A DNA stretch of 64,000 nucleotides. Origin: the human T2T-CHM13v2.0 reference genome, Homo sapiens. Numbering within the stretch: the stretch's first letter is position 1; each line of letters starts with the position of its first letter. The notes below the pieces were generated by a model. The model was not told the origin of the DNA and ran no database searches. It worked only from the letters and a program-made list of their open reading frames with translations. Shown piece after piece: positions 27,296-40,331 of this stretch. The stretch lies in NCBI RefSeq assembly GCF_009914755.1, contig NC_060935.1, one strand, 5' to 3'. A program made the position numbers and the translations under genes.

Positions 27296-27747
27296 GTCAA
27301 CCTTAAACAGTGAGATTCAGAAACTATGATTAAATGTAGAGATTCTTTGAGCCCAAAGCATGAGGATAGCCACTTGGGCAACACTGACTCCAAACAAATG
27401 GGGTCACTGTTTCAAAGTGGAGAAGTTAAGATTTCTCTTACATAGGCAGAGACAGAGAAATTTCAGCAGGATTACAACATTTTTCATACACGATCAGTGC
27501 GTACAGTGACTTGATCGGTTACAGATTGCTGCATTCCAAGGAAAATACTTTATTACTCCATGAGGAGGGGTAGAAATTCAAGGGATTCTTATCTCTGAAG
27601 TCGTTTGGTCTTCTTAATTATTTATAGGGAAAAAAAAAGGTAGAAGTTGCAGTTGCATTCCATGTGACTCAAGTTGCATAGCCATGTTCCTCTCAAGGCT
27701 CTGAATACAGTTCCAACAGCTTTAAGTCTGAATTCTTTAATTTCACA
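27296..27747 (-). mobile_element. MER65-like ERV1 LTR
   Basis: tgtcaaccttaaa...gagattcagaaactatgattaa ... ctttaatttcaca; TG...CA ends. Confidence 0.55.
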
Positions 27748-28504
27748 GAAGCAACTGGAAGGAACCCCAACTAAGCTATTGTTGGAAGCGTCCATGAAGC
27801 CAGATGCATATTCCCTTCAGCTAAGCGTATATACTCGTAGGTATGTTCCCAAGAGAAACCTCTAGCATGTGTCTTTATTTAAACATTTTTGGTTGAGTAT
27901 ACAATTCTAGGTAGTCACTTCACTCTAGCACCTTAAAAATGTCATTCCACTGTCTTCCGCTCATCCATTGCTGTTGAGAAGTCAGCTGTGGGCCAACCTT
28001 GCCTCTCTGGCTGCTTCTAAGCTACACTCCACTGTAATAATCATTCTTGATGTCCTGTAATTTGGTATCTTGAAATCATGAGCCAAACTATAGCCAGGCT
28101 TGTTTCTATCCTTACTATCCTTGTGTTTTCATGGGTGCACAAAAATCATATCACAAACCCTCTGGCCACAACCCCCAACATCTGTGTTTTGCCTTCTGCC
28201 CCATAGGAGACACCCTCACTTAACTTTCCACCACCAAGGGGAGAGTCTTGACTACTATGGTACTTTATTACTATTATTACTATGTCAATAGTAATAGTAG
28301 TGATAGTAAAGTCTCCCCTTGTGTTCCCCTGCTCCCTCTGCCTCCTGACCAACCCTCGTCCTTCCTCATGTAGACTGCATAGCATGGCATGCCCCCTGCT
28401 CCTGGGAACTGTAAGTAATAAACTTCTTTTAAGGCAGCTGTCTCCATGTCTGTCATGTTAATGTACCTGATTAAAACAAAATCCCAGGTACATTTAAAAA
28501 CACC

Positions 28505-29035
28505 TCTTGGTATTGTATGGTGTCACTATGATGTCCCCAGCTATGGATTGCTTATCACTCATCCTAGGTTGGATTCTTTGGGATGCCCAAATCTGGGGAT
28601 TGATGTTTTTCATCTGTTCTAAAAACTTCTCAGCCATTTCCCCTTCAGATCTAGCCTTTGCCCTATTCTATTCTCTTCTACTGGAGCTCCTAGGACCATA
28701 CAGTGTAGCTTTTACTCCACCCCTCATGCCTCTTGGCAGCTCCTTCTTGTCTCCCATTGTCTCTCTGTGCTGTATTCTGGGCCATAGCTCAGATCTGTCT
28801 TTCCGTTCACCAACATAATTTTCAGCCATGTCTGACCATCTGTTAGTATCACTTAATATATTTTCATCTCTGGAATTACATTTAGGTCTTTCCAAATCTG
28901 CTTGGTCATTTTATAATCTCTTGTTCTTTATGTTTTAAATATTTTCTCTTAATCCTTTAATCATGCTTATTTTATATTATATTCTGATAATTTTGACAGG
29001 TCTGGGTCTGATTCTACTTTCTGTTGTTTCTTCTG
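28505..29035 (-). mobile_element. Old L1 (L1MC/ME-type) fragment
   Basis: gttctaaaaacttctcagccatttcccc, ctctctgtgctgtattctggg; ORF 28668-28895 is L1 ORF1-like. Confidence 0.55.
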
Positions 29036-29329
29036 ACAGCAAAAACCTTTTGATAGATTATGTTCATCTAGAGGTTATTCATGCTAACATCTCCAGCTGC
29101 ACGGTGGAGCTTTATTTTTCTTCTTTTATTTTTGGTTTTCTGTTTTTCTTTCTTTCTTTTCTTTTCTTTTTTTTAAACTCTTAGCATGGTGGAGCTTTAT
29201 GGCATATTCTGAGCAATGTCCTGGTTTCTATTGCCTTCAGTTGCATTGCCCAATGTGGGACAGGAAATCTCACATACACAACAGCTTCTTGTTTCAGTGC
29301 TGCATTGTACTGCAATATTTTTGAAGATT

Positions 29330-29482
<153 letters not shown>

Positions 29483-29943
29483 TAAAGTGAAAATTAGGGA
29501 TTCAAACTTAGGTTATGAGTCAACCACGTGTGGGGACGCAAGGCAAACACCCGGTAGAGGTTGAATAGATTACGGTTTATGCTCAGCTGGGTTCATACAA
29601 AAGCAGGGAATGGCAACTTTATTTCTGTCTCCTCCTTTCTGCAGGATCTGAAAATGAGTTTTAATATCTACTAGAAGCTATACTTGATTTCAGAATTATC
29701 AAAGTATGAAAAATACATGCCTTAGAACTGAGGACTTATGGGATTCTAAGTGTGCTGTGCCTTGAGGGAACCCCAGTGGCCTTTGATCCCACATGGGCCA
29801 TCAAATAGCGAGTAATGTCCCTACTTTGAGTGGTCATGTCCATTCTGAAAGGTCCACCAATTCTCAGTATGAGGTCCTCTGAATGTGCTGATGTCTGGTC
29901 ACACACGGGGGATCAGTCAGGCTGGGCTAAGTCAGTTAGGTGA

Positions 29944-30447
<504 letters not shown>

Positions 30448-31241
30448 GAAGCGACAGGAGTATTTCCTCCCTTATCTCACTGGCCACTCCTGAGTTCAGT
30501 AGGGTGGGGACAGGCAGTCGTCCTGCAGGGCAGGGAAGCCGGGGCATGGGGGAGGAGTGATAGAGCCACCTCCCCTGGCTCAGCATCTTTGCCTGGGGCT
30601 CTGCTCAGTGACAGGAGCCTGGGTGTGAACTTTCAAGTCAGGGATCCCAGAGGCAACAGATACGTTCCACCTCTCTGAGCCTCGCATGCTTTACAAGTGC
30701 CAGAAATGGACGTTGGATACGGAGGCACCGTGTGAGTTGTCACACCCTCTGTGACTATACAGGTTGTTGGTGTTTTCGTCTTTGTTAATCGCCCAACAGT
30801 GCTCACTGCTAAGGAAATGTAACAAAATGTAACGTGACGTTCAGTGTTCAGCGGGACTTGGAAATGTGTTGCACGTGTGTGTGCAAATAGGTTAGAGGTG
30901 GGGGCCGGCCACATGTGCTCTGCTTCTCGTCTGCCTTCTTGGAGCGCCCACAGTCATGTGTGTACCTCAGCCCTCAGCGGGTTGGTCAAGCTTGGACTTT
31001 GCCTGTGGAACCAATGCAGGGGCTGCTGAGCTCTTCTGATTCTCTCTCGGGAGCCTGGGGCTGGGAGGCCAGCAGCAAAGTGTGGGTGCTGGACTTATTT
31101 ATGGGTGAGGCTGACAGTGCCTTTAGGCTCAGGCAGAGCAGAGGGAGCCAATGAGCAGAGAGAAAGAGAAGGTGGAAGAAGTCAGGCAGAGAGACCCAGT
31201 GCCTTAGAAGGAGAGGTGGCCACTGTGCTTCCTGGTGAGGT

Positions 31242-32230
31242 TCCAGGGGATGTGCCTGACCTAGCCCCCAGCCGGGGGATGTACCTGGGCTAGCCTCCAG
31301 CCACGGGATGGGCCCAAGCTAGCCTCCAACGGGGGTCATGCTGTGTTTGGAATTGGTTTCTTCCGGTGGATTCTTGGTCTCCCTGACTTCAAGAATGAAG
31401 CCGCAGACGCTCGCGGTGAGTGTTACAGTTCTTAAAGATAGTGTGTCTGGAGCTTGTTCCTTCAGATGTTCAGATGTGTCCGGAGTTTCTTTCTTCTGGT
31501 GGGTTTGTGGTCTTGCTGACTTCAGGAGTGAAGCCACAGATCTTCGCAGTGAGTGTTACAGTTCTTGAAGGTGGCACGTGGGAGTTGGTTGTTCCTCCCA
31601 GTGGGTTCATGGTCTCGCTGACTTCAGGAATGAAGCCACAGACCCTCGTGGTGAGTGTTACAGCTCATAAAGGCAGTGTGGACCCAAAGAGTGAGCAGCA
31701 GCAAGGTTTATCATGAAGAGCGAAAGAACAAAGCTTCCACAGCATGGAAGGGGACCCGAGTGGGTTGCCGCTGCTGGCTTTGGTGGCCAGCTTTTAGTCC
31801 CTTATTTGGCACCCCCACGTCCTGCTGATTGGTCCATTTTACAAAGCACTGATTGGTCCGTTTTTACAGAGTGCTGATTGGTGCAATTACAAACCTTAAG
31901 CTAGACACAGAGCACTGATTGGTGCGTTTTTACAGAGTGCTCATTGGTGCATTTACAAACCTTTAGCTAGACACAGAGCGCTGATTGGTGCATTTTTACA
32001 GAGTGCTGATTGGTGCATTTACAAACCTTTAGCTAGACAGAAAAGTTCTCCAAGTCCCCACTCGACCCAGGAAGTCCAGCTGGCTTCACCTCTCAATGCC
32101 TAGGCTAGCAGCTAGCCACAGGACAAGCCCCAGCTAGTCTGAAGCCAGGGGTCACGCCTGGGCTAGCCTCCAGCCAGAGGATGTGCCAGAGCTAGCCTCC
32201 AGCGGGGGTCATGGCTGGGTTAGCCTGAGC
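31242..32230. repeat. Degenerate 29-bp minisatellite (gctagcctccagccrggggatgtrcctgg-like) split by LTR12
   Basis: ctag(c/t) recurs at 31261, 31290, 31319 and at 32105, 32134, 32163, 32192. Confidence 0.8.
31342..32095 (-). mobile_element. LTR12 (HERV9/ERV9) solo LTR
   Basis: Minus strand starts TGAGAGGTGAAGCCAGCTGG; tandem ctgattggt repeats; gaagccgcagac...gtgagtgttacag repeats; 4-bp TSD atgc at 31338-31341 and 32096-32099. Confidence 0.93.
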
Positions 32231-32336
32231 AGCCTCCTCTTCCTGGTAAGTGAACACTGTCACCCACTGACAATGGAGTCTCTGGGAGGCTCTGAACACA
32301 TGTCGCTCAGGGTGGCTGTGAGACCACAGCATTTCT

Positions 32337-33808
32337 TTCTCTCTCTCTGTTTTTTTTTTTTTTTAACTTTTATTTTAAATTCAGGGGTACATGAGCAGGT
32401 CTGTTACATAGGTAAACTTGTGTCATGGGGGTTTGTTGTACAGATTATTTCATCACCCAGGTATTAAGCCTAGTACCCATTAGTTATTTTTCCTGATCCT
32501 CTCCCTCCTTCCCTCCCATCCTCCAACTTCTAAACGGCCCTAGTGTCTGTTCCCCTCTTTGTGTTCATGTGTTCTCATCATTTAGCTCCCACTTATAAGT
32601 GAGAACATGCAGTACTGGGTTTTCTCTTCCTGCATTAGTTTGCTACGGATAATGGCCTATTGCTCCATCCATGTCCCTGCAAGGGATGTGTTGTCATTCC
32701 TTTTTATGGCTGTGTAGTATTCCATGATATATATGTGCCACAACTTCTTTCTCCATTGATGGGCATTTAGGTTGATTCCGTGTCTTTGCTATTGTGAATA
32801 GTGTTGCAATGAATGTACATGTGCAGGTATCTTTATAATAGAATGATTTATATTCCTTTGAGTATATACCTTGTAATGGGATTGCTGGGTCAAATGGTAT
32901 TTCTCTCTTTGGTCTTTGAGGAATTGCCACACTGTCTTTCACGATGGTTGAGCTAATTTACACTCACACCAACAGTTTATAAGTGTTCCTTTCTCTCCAG
33001 AGCCTCACTAGTATCTGCTGGTTTTTTTTTTTTTTTGACTTTTTAATAATAGCCATTCTGATTGGTGTGAGATGGTATCTCATTGTGGTTTTGACTTGCA
33101 TTTGTCTAATGATCAGTGACGTTCAGCTTTTATTCATATGATTGTTGGCTTCATGTATGTCTTCTTTTGAAAACTGTCTGTTCATGTCCTTTGGCCACTT
33201 TTTAATAGGGTTGTTCCTAAGCAAAAAGAAAAAAGCCGGAGGCATCACTCTACTCGGCTTTGAACTATACTACCAGGCTACAGTGACCAAAACAGTATGG
33301 TACTGGTACAAAAACAGACACATGGAGCAATGGAACAGAATAGAGAACCCAGAAATAAGACCACACACCTACAATTATCTGATCTTCGACAAAACTGACA
33401 AAAAAAGCAATGGGGAAGGATTCTTTATTCAATAAATGGTGCTGGGATAACTGGCTAGCCATATGCAGAACATTAAAACTGGACCCCTTCCTTACACCAT
33501 ATACAAAAATTAACTCAAGAGGGATTAAATACTTAAATGGAAAGCCCCAAACTATAAAAACCCTGGAAGACAACCTAGGCAAGCCTTTCAGGACATAGGC
33601 ATGGGCAAAGATATCATGATGAAGATGCCAAAAGCAATTGCAACAAAAGCAGAAATTGACAAATGGGATCTACTTAAACTGAAGAGCTTCTGCACAGCGA
33701 AAGAAAGTATCAACAGAGTAAACAGACACCCTAGAGAATGGTAGAAAATTTTTGCAAACTATGTATCCGACCAAGGTCTAATATCCAGAATCTATATGGA
33801 ACTTAAAG
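32337..33808 (-). mobile_element. 5'-truncated L1PA with twin-priming inversion (32337-33215 minus; 33216-33808 inverted)
   Basis: Antisense L1 3'UTR/ORF2 joined at ttgtt|cctaagc to sense ORF2 ending gaacttaaa; TSD gagaccacagc(a/c)tttct at 32320-32336 and 33809-33825. Confidence 0.92.
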
Positions 33809-36276
33809 GAGACCACAGCCTTTCTAAGGTGACAGGAGATTTTCCTTGTGGCACATACTTGGTGACTACAGGGCACCTCCCAGTAGCTCAGTTCCACTTT
33901 CAGAGCCCTGGAGCATCATGGGGTTCTCATGCCCATTGTCCTTGGGCTGGGGTCCTGTTCCAAGGCACACTCCTGCCCACTCTCGCAAAAATCATTTTGT
34001 GTGCACATGGCAGGCCTCAAACATGTCTCCCTGTCTTTGTCCCCACTGTTTGCCTTCTTGTTTTATTTAGAAATCAAGAGAGAATCTAGGCTTGGGAAAT
34101 GGCAGAGATTTCCCCAAGCTTAGCACAATTCTTTTATCTTTTTTTTTTTAATTTAATACCATTAGGTCATCTCTTTTAAAAGAATTTCTGGGAAAATCTT
34201 TATTTTGTGTATTTCTCAAGCATCTTGACATTCCGTCTCAGAGTAATGGCCCAATCACTTCCTCCCAACTCCCCTTCAAATTCCCTGTCGGCTTTATCTC
34301 TTGCAAATGGCTCGGTGCTGCAGAGCAAACTCCCCGTCCCCGGCCCCTCCACCCCCCTCTCTGGGGACAAAGAAAGGGCCCCATACTCTCACTGAGGCCT
34401 TTGGGCAAACCAGATACATCATCACAGCCTAAGACAAGGAGGAGGCCCGGGACCCTTCAAAGATGCCTGCTCCAGAGTCCGCACACAAACCTCTGCCTAT
34501 TAACTCTTTCAAAGAACGTTTGTTGGCTGCGAAAGTCGTCTGGGTTCATTGATAAAAAAAAAAAAAAAGATATTGTCTTTAGGGCTGCTGAATATATTAA
34601 TGAGTTGTCACGGAGGACAGTTAGGATTTGCAAAGGGTGATAGTTACCATTCACCTACTTGTTGCCTTAAAAGATAAAATCATGTGCAAATGAAGACAGA
34701 GCTTTCAGGCACCTCCGCCAGAACACACTTCATTTGAGGCGACGGCAGGGATGCTACTAAAACCCCAAAGAGTTAAGCTGAAATGGTTAATATTCCTGTC
34801 TCTGCCCGCCTCCTCCTGTATTCTAATGTATGAACCCGCTCATTCAGATGTGAGTGGGACTTGGGGACAGCTTGCCTTCCCTACGCGATTGTGTATGGCC
34901 CCCGCTGAAATGTTCCTAAAAACACGATTTTGTAAACGCTTATGCTCCACCAGACATCCAGCGCATCTACTGGATGCCCAGCGTCTACACCAGACGCCCA
35001 GCGTCCCGAGTGGGGTTCACTTTGTCTCTTCACACCCAGGGACTCTCAGCCTGAGGTGAGGGAAAGGAAGGGGGGTTATTAAGAATTCTGACAAGGTAGG
35101 CTGAATAAATTGTGTTTTCTTTGTGAGCCTTAATCCGGTGTTGTATTGGCTTCTGGACATGGCTAATTTATTTGGAATTTCATTCTGTTCCTGACAGCGT
35201 CCTTGACTAGCTGTTTGATCACCCCGAGCAAAGTTACATACCAGCTTTCAACCGTTGGGAGGGCAGCGGCGTCCTTTTTCTCAAGTGCCTTCTCCTGGGT
35301 CGGGCTTTATGCCTGCAGCAGGGCGTTTCAAACGGCTGAGGCCATCCCTTGTTAGGGAGAGAAACCTCCCGGGCAGGGGTCTCCCTCAATGAGGAAGCCC
35401 TCCACTTCCCCCCACTCGTCCCACTGTTCGTGATTTTAATCTGCTTTTGTGGCGCAGGAAGAAAGAAAATTAATTTTCGCCCGTCTGTGTGTAGGGAGCA
35501 TTTCAGTGGAAACCCGGTTTGAAATGCATGTTCTGTTGATTTCGGCAGCCTGCGCCGGCTGGGGTTTTGAGATGCAGCATTCTCAGGGGAAGAGGTGATG
35601 GGCCACAGGCCTTCGTGGGGTGGGAACTCAGGCTCCCCGTGGGCCCTGGACGGGGTCCTCATGTCCTGTGCTCCGTCTTGGCAGGAGTAAGAGTTGATGA
35701 TGTTCATGCTCTCCCAACTCACCCATCTCTGCCATGGTTGCTTTTTTTTTTTTTTTTGGTTAAAGCAAGCATATTTTGCTGTTGCAAAAAGAAACAAAGA
35801 AAAAAATGATTTTCAACAGGACCCTGACATGTCTGAGAATGTCTCACTGTCAACAAGGCTGTAGGTGGTGGTTTTACAATTTTGGCGGAATCTGTTCTAA
35901 GGAAAACACGTGCTTCTTTTAATTTGGCCTCCCAGCTCCAATGCACGTGGCCGTCCTTGCTGAGAGTCTTCTGGGTGCCTGGAACTGTGCTAAGTCCTGG
36001 GGGATTCGGCGAGAGCTCGAGTTCTAGAAACACATGGAAGAGTTCAGAGGATGTTGGTGCTATGAAAATAACAAAACCAACCAACACACTGAGGCCCTGG
36101 GGGATGTGCCTGGTGGTCCCTGGGGGAGGGCGTTCAGTATTATTCCTGGGTCCTGCATTTGAGTCAGCCAAGTCCAGCTCATCTCGATGACATTTGGGCG
36201 GGGATTTCCCCTGCAAAGCACTCTTATCCCCAGCCTTGCTTGCAGAAGCTGGGAAGGGATTATCATCCCCTCACCG

Positions 36277-36545
<269 letters not shown>

Positions 36546-36897
36546 TTTCCCCTTTTATTGAGGGGAGGAAACTGAGGCCCAGTGATGCTTCAGTGGAGAC
36601 CAGCTTGCCTGGGGCTCACAGGAAGCTGTTCACAAGGTTCTTGGGGCTCTGTCCCAGGCTGTCACCTGTACTGAGGGCTGGTCCTGGGCGGGGACCAGGC
36701 TTTGGGGGCAAGAACTTGCACCTCCTTGTTACTTCCACTCCAGGCCTTCCCCACGGAGCTCACCTGTGGAGAGGTTTCCTCTGCCAAGCATTTCATCAGG
36801 AAACAGTGAGTGAGGGTGCGTCACTCACTGCTCTGTCAGCGTTGAACATTTGGGTGCAGGAAGATGCCTTGGCTCTTTGAGGTCCCGATGGCAACTT

Positions 36898-37013
36898 GCA
36901 TCCCCAGATCCATCCTCAGAGGCCCGGGGCTGGGAGCATCCCCGGATCCATCCTCAGAGGCCCGGGGCTGGGAGCATCCCCGGATCCATCCTCAGAGGCC
37001 CGGGGCTGGGAGC
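36898..37013. repeat. 38-bp minisatellite, 3 copies (gcatcccc(a/g)gatccatcctcagaggcccggggctggga)
   Basis: Units start at 36898, 36936 and 36974. Confidence 0.97.
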
Positions 37014-38872
37014 CACCACCGCCCAGCTCCATGCGTTCCCATTGGCGGGGTCTGGGTCTGCGCTGATGAGGCGCTCGTCACTCTTATCCTGGATTATATT
37101 CACAGGCGGGTAACTCGGGGGGTGGTGTGATGGGGAGACACAGGAGGGAGGAGCAGGGAGGGCAAGATGAAGGGGAGCAGTCTGGGAAGGGGGCGACTCC
37201 AGGCACAGCCGCACGTCCCTGGGATTTTCAGGGGGAGCTCTGGGGGTTCAGAGTGGCCTCTAGTTTGTCCTGGTCCAAAGCAGGGAAGCTGGGCTACGTC
37301 CTGCCCAGGTCAGCCTTAGGTTAAGGGCTGCCTGGGGGAGGGAACTTCCTGGGCCTTCGGGTCTCTGTGCACTGGGGTGGCTCCTGTGGCCCAGAATGCC
37401 CTGGAGAAGGGTCCTACTGGAAGCGAAGGTGCAGGGCAGCAGGGCCTGAGGCGCAGGAGCTGGTGGAGGCTCCCAGCACAGGTCGCCGCCCCAGTCACAT
37501 CACTGCTGATGGTGGGGGGACTTGGGGAGTTTCCCCCGAGAATGGGAGGTCTCACAGTCCCCGTGCTGCAATGCTGTCGGTGCACTGTGTCTGCAACGTG
37601 CTCATGGTCACTTGCTTTTTCTCTGTGGCCCCGGCCGCTTTATCCAGCAAGTAGCCCCCTCTCCTCTCCGGAGAAGCCGAGCCTGGATGCCGCCGGGAGG
37701 AGGTCACTCCCTTCCTGTCTCGAAGGGCATGCCGTCCTCGTCCTTGCTGACTCCCAGAGGCCCAGGGACGTCTGAGGGGGAGGGGCCGGGCCTCCTTGAC
37801 CCCTGCGTGTGGACACCATGTGACTGGGGTGTGGTTGACTCTCTGTGTCCGATTGGGTGCTTGGCAAACACAGAGAGTTTTGTCCAAGGCCACCTTGGTC
37901 CCCACCTGTCCAGGTTGGGAGGTGCCCTGCCTGGTGTGGCCTGAGCTGAGCGCCTCTGGCCGGAGCAGACGGCCCCGGCTCCCCCAGGACATGTCACCTG
38001 GAGAGGTGGCCCTTTCAGGTAAGGGACATGCCCATTGGCAGCAGCCTCTGCCCCCTCCCTGCATACACAGCTGCTCCCATCTGGGGACCCTCACCCCACG
38101 TGCAGATGGGCTTCCCCAGGAAGTCGGCAGGACTTTCCCTGGCCTTCTGGAAGTCCCCATCAAGCAAATGCTCTATCGATGACTTACTCTATGACGGGGT
38201 CCAGAGAGCTAACTCCCCACCCACGTTCGAAGTGATCTTCAAACCGCTGCGCGTGGAAAACAAGCCCAGAGCTCAACGTTCCCTAAGTGAGTGGCCTTTG
38301 ACAGCAGTGCCAGGCAGCCCAGTGGGTGCAGGGCACACCACAGATGGAGGAAGGGCCAGGCATGCTTCCCAGACAGCCTCTGCCAGTCCAGGCAGGGGCT
38401 CCAGGGTGGCTGCGGGAAGGCAGCTTAGGCGGTGCCCGGCCCAAGGTGAGTTGGCATCACGCTCCACTTCCCGTTTGAACGTGTGGTCCCGTTTGAACCT
38501 TCTGGAAAGGCTTGGCAGGGAGGACACTCATTTTGTAGACTGGGAAGGAACTGAAGAGCTGGCTTCCGGCGACCAGCGATGGGCCCCAGATCCCTGTGGC
38601 CAGGAAGGCCCCCATTGCTGTTCTCTGTAGCTCAGGCTGGACATTTGCTGGTGAGAACTGGCCGGACTCCCAGGACCCAGCCGCCAGAGACCTCTGTTCC
38701 TCACGCTCAGCCCCCTAGCTCCAACTGGGGCCCCTTTGCTTTACAGGATGTAGGCTTGGAGTTAGAGGGGGCAGTTCTGGCGGTTTATCTCTCACCCACA
38801 GAAACTCGGCTGTGAGAGGCCAGAGCTGGACTTGGGGGGCAGAGCCTGTAGAGGTCAATGTGTCCTTATTGG

Positions 38873-38949
38873 GTGTGCACACGTGTGAGTCTGTGTGCAC
38901 ACACATGTATACATGTGTATGCGTGTGTGTGTGTGTGTGCGCGCGTGTG
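38873..38949. repeat. (TG/CA)n-(CG)n alternating purine-pyrimidine tract
   Basis: gtgtgcacacacatgtatacatgtgtatgcgtgtgtgtgtgtgtgtgcgcgcgtgtg. Confidence 0.9.
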
Positions 38950-39359
38950 GCAGTCAGAGAAGGCTGGGCAGACACTGTTATTTCAGAAAAGATGTGGAGG
39001 CCTTTCTGAAGGCATCCACTGAGAGGCAGGGGCCAGGATCTCTGTGCCCAGGCGCTGGGCGTGGCCCCTGAGAAGTGCTCTCTCCCCTAATCCTTCAAAG
39101 CAGGAGGTATTTGCTTCACTTTCTAAGGCAGGATCTGCGGCTCTGAGAGGTTGCACAACTTGCCCGAGGTCACTCAGCTAGTAGAAGGCAGGACTGGCCT
39201 CCGGTCCAGGGTGACTGTGAGGATGTCAGGGGACCCTGCAGGCCTGTGCGCCCCAGCTTAGGGCTACAGGTCCCACCTAAGGCTTCTTGATGGAGGTTGG
39301 AGGGGCGAGCTGGAGGGAGGTGCTGCTGGGGGTCCACCGGTCCCCTTCCTGGGGGATGA

Positions 39360-40331
<972 letters not shown>

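Noticed and set aside
33142-33598. ORFs with L1 ORF2-like peptides
   Set aside because: Decayed, truncated and inverted L1 pieces; not a functional gene.
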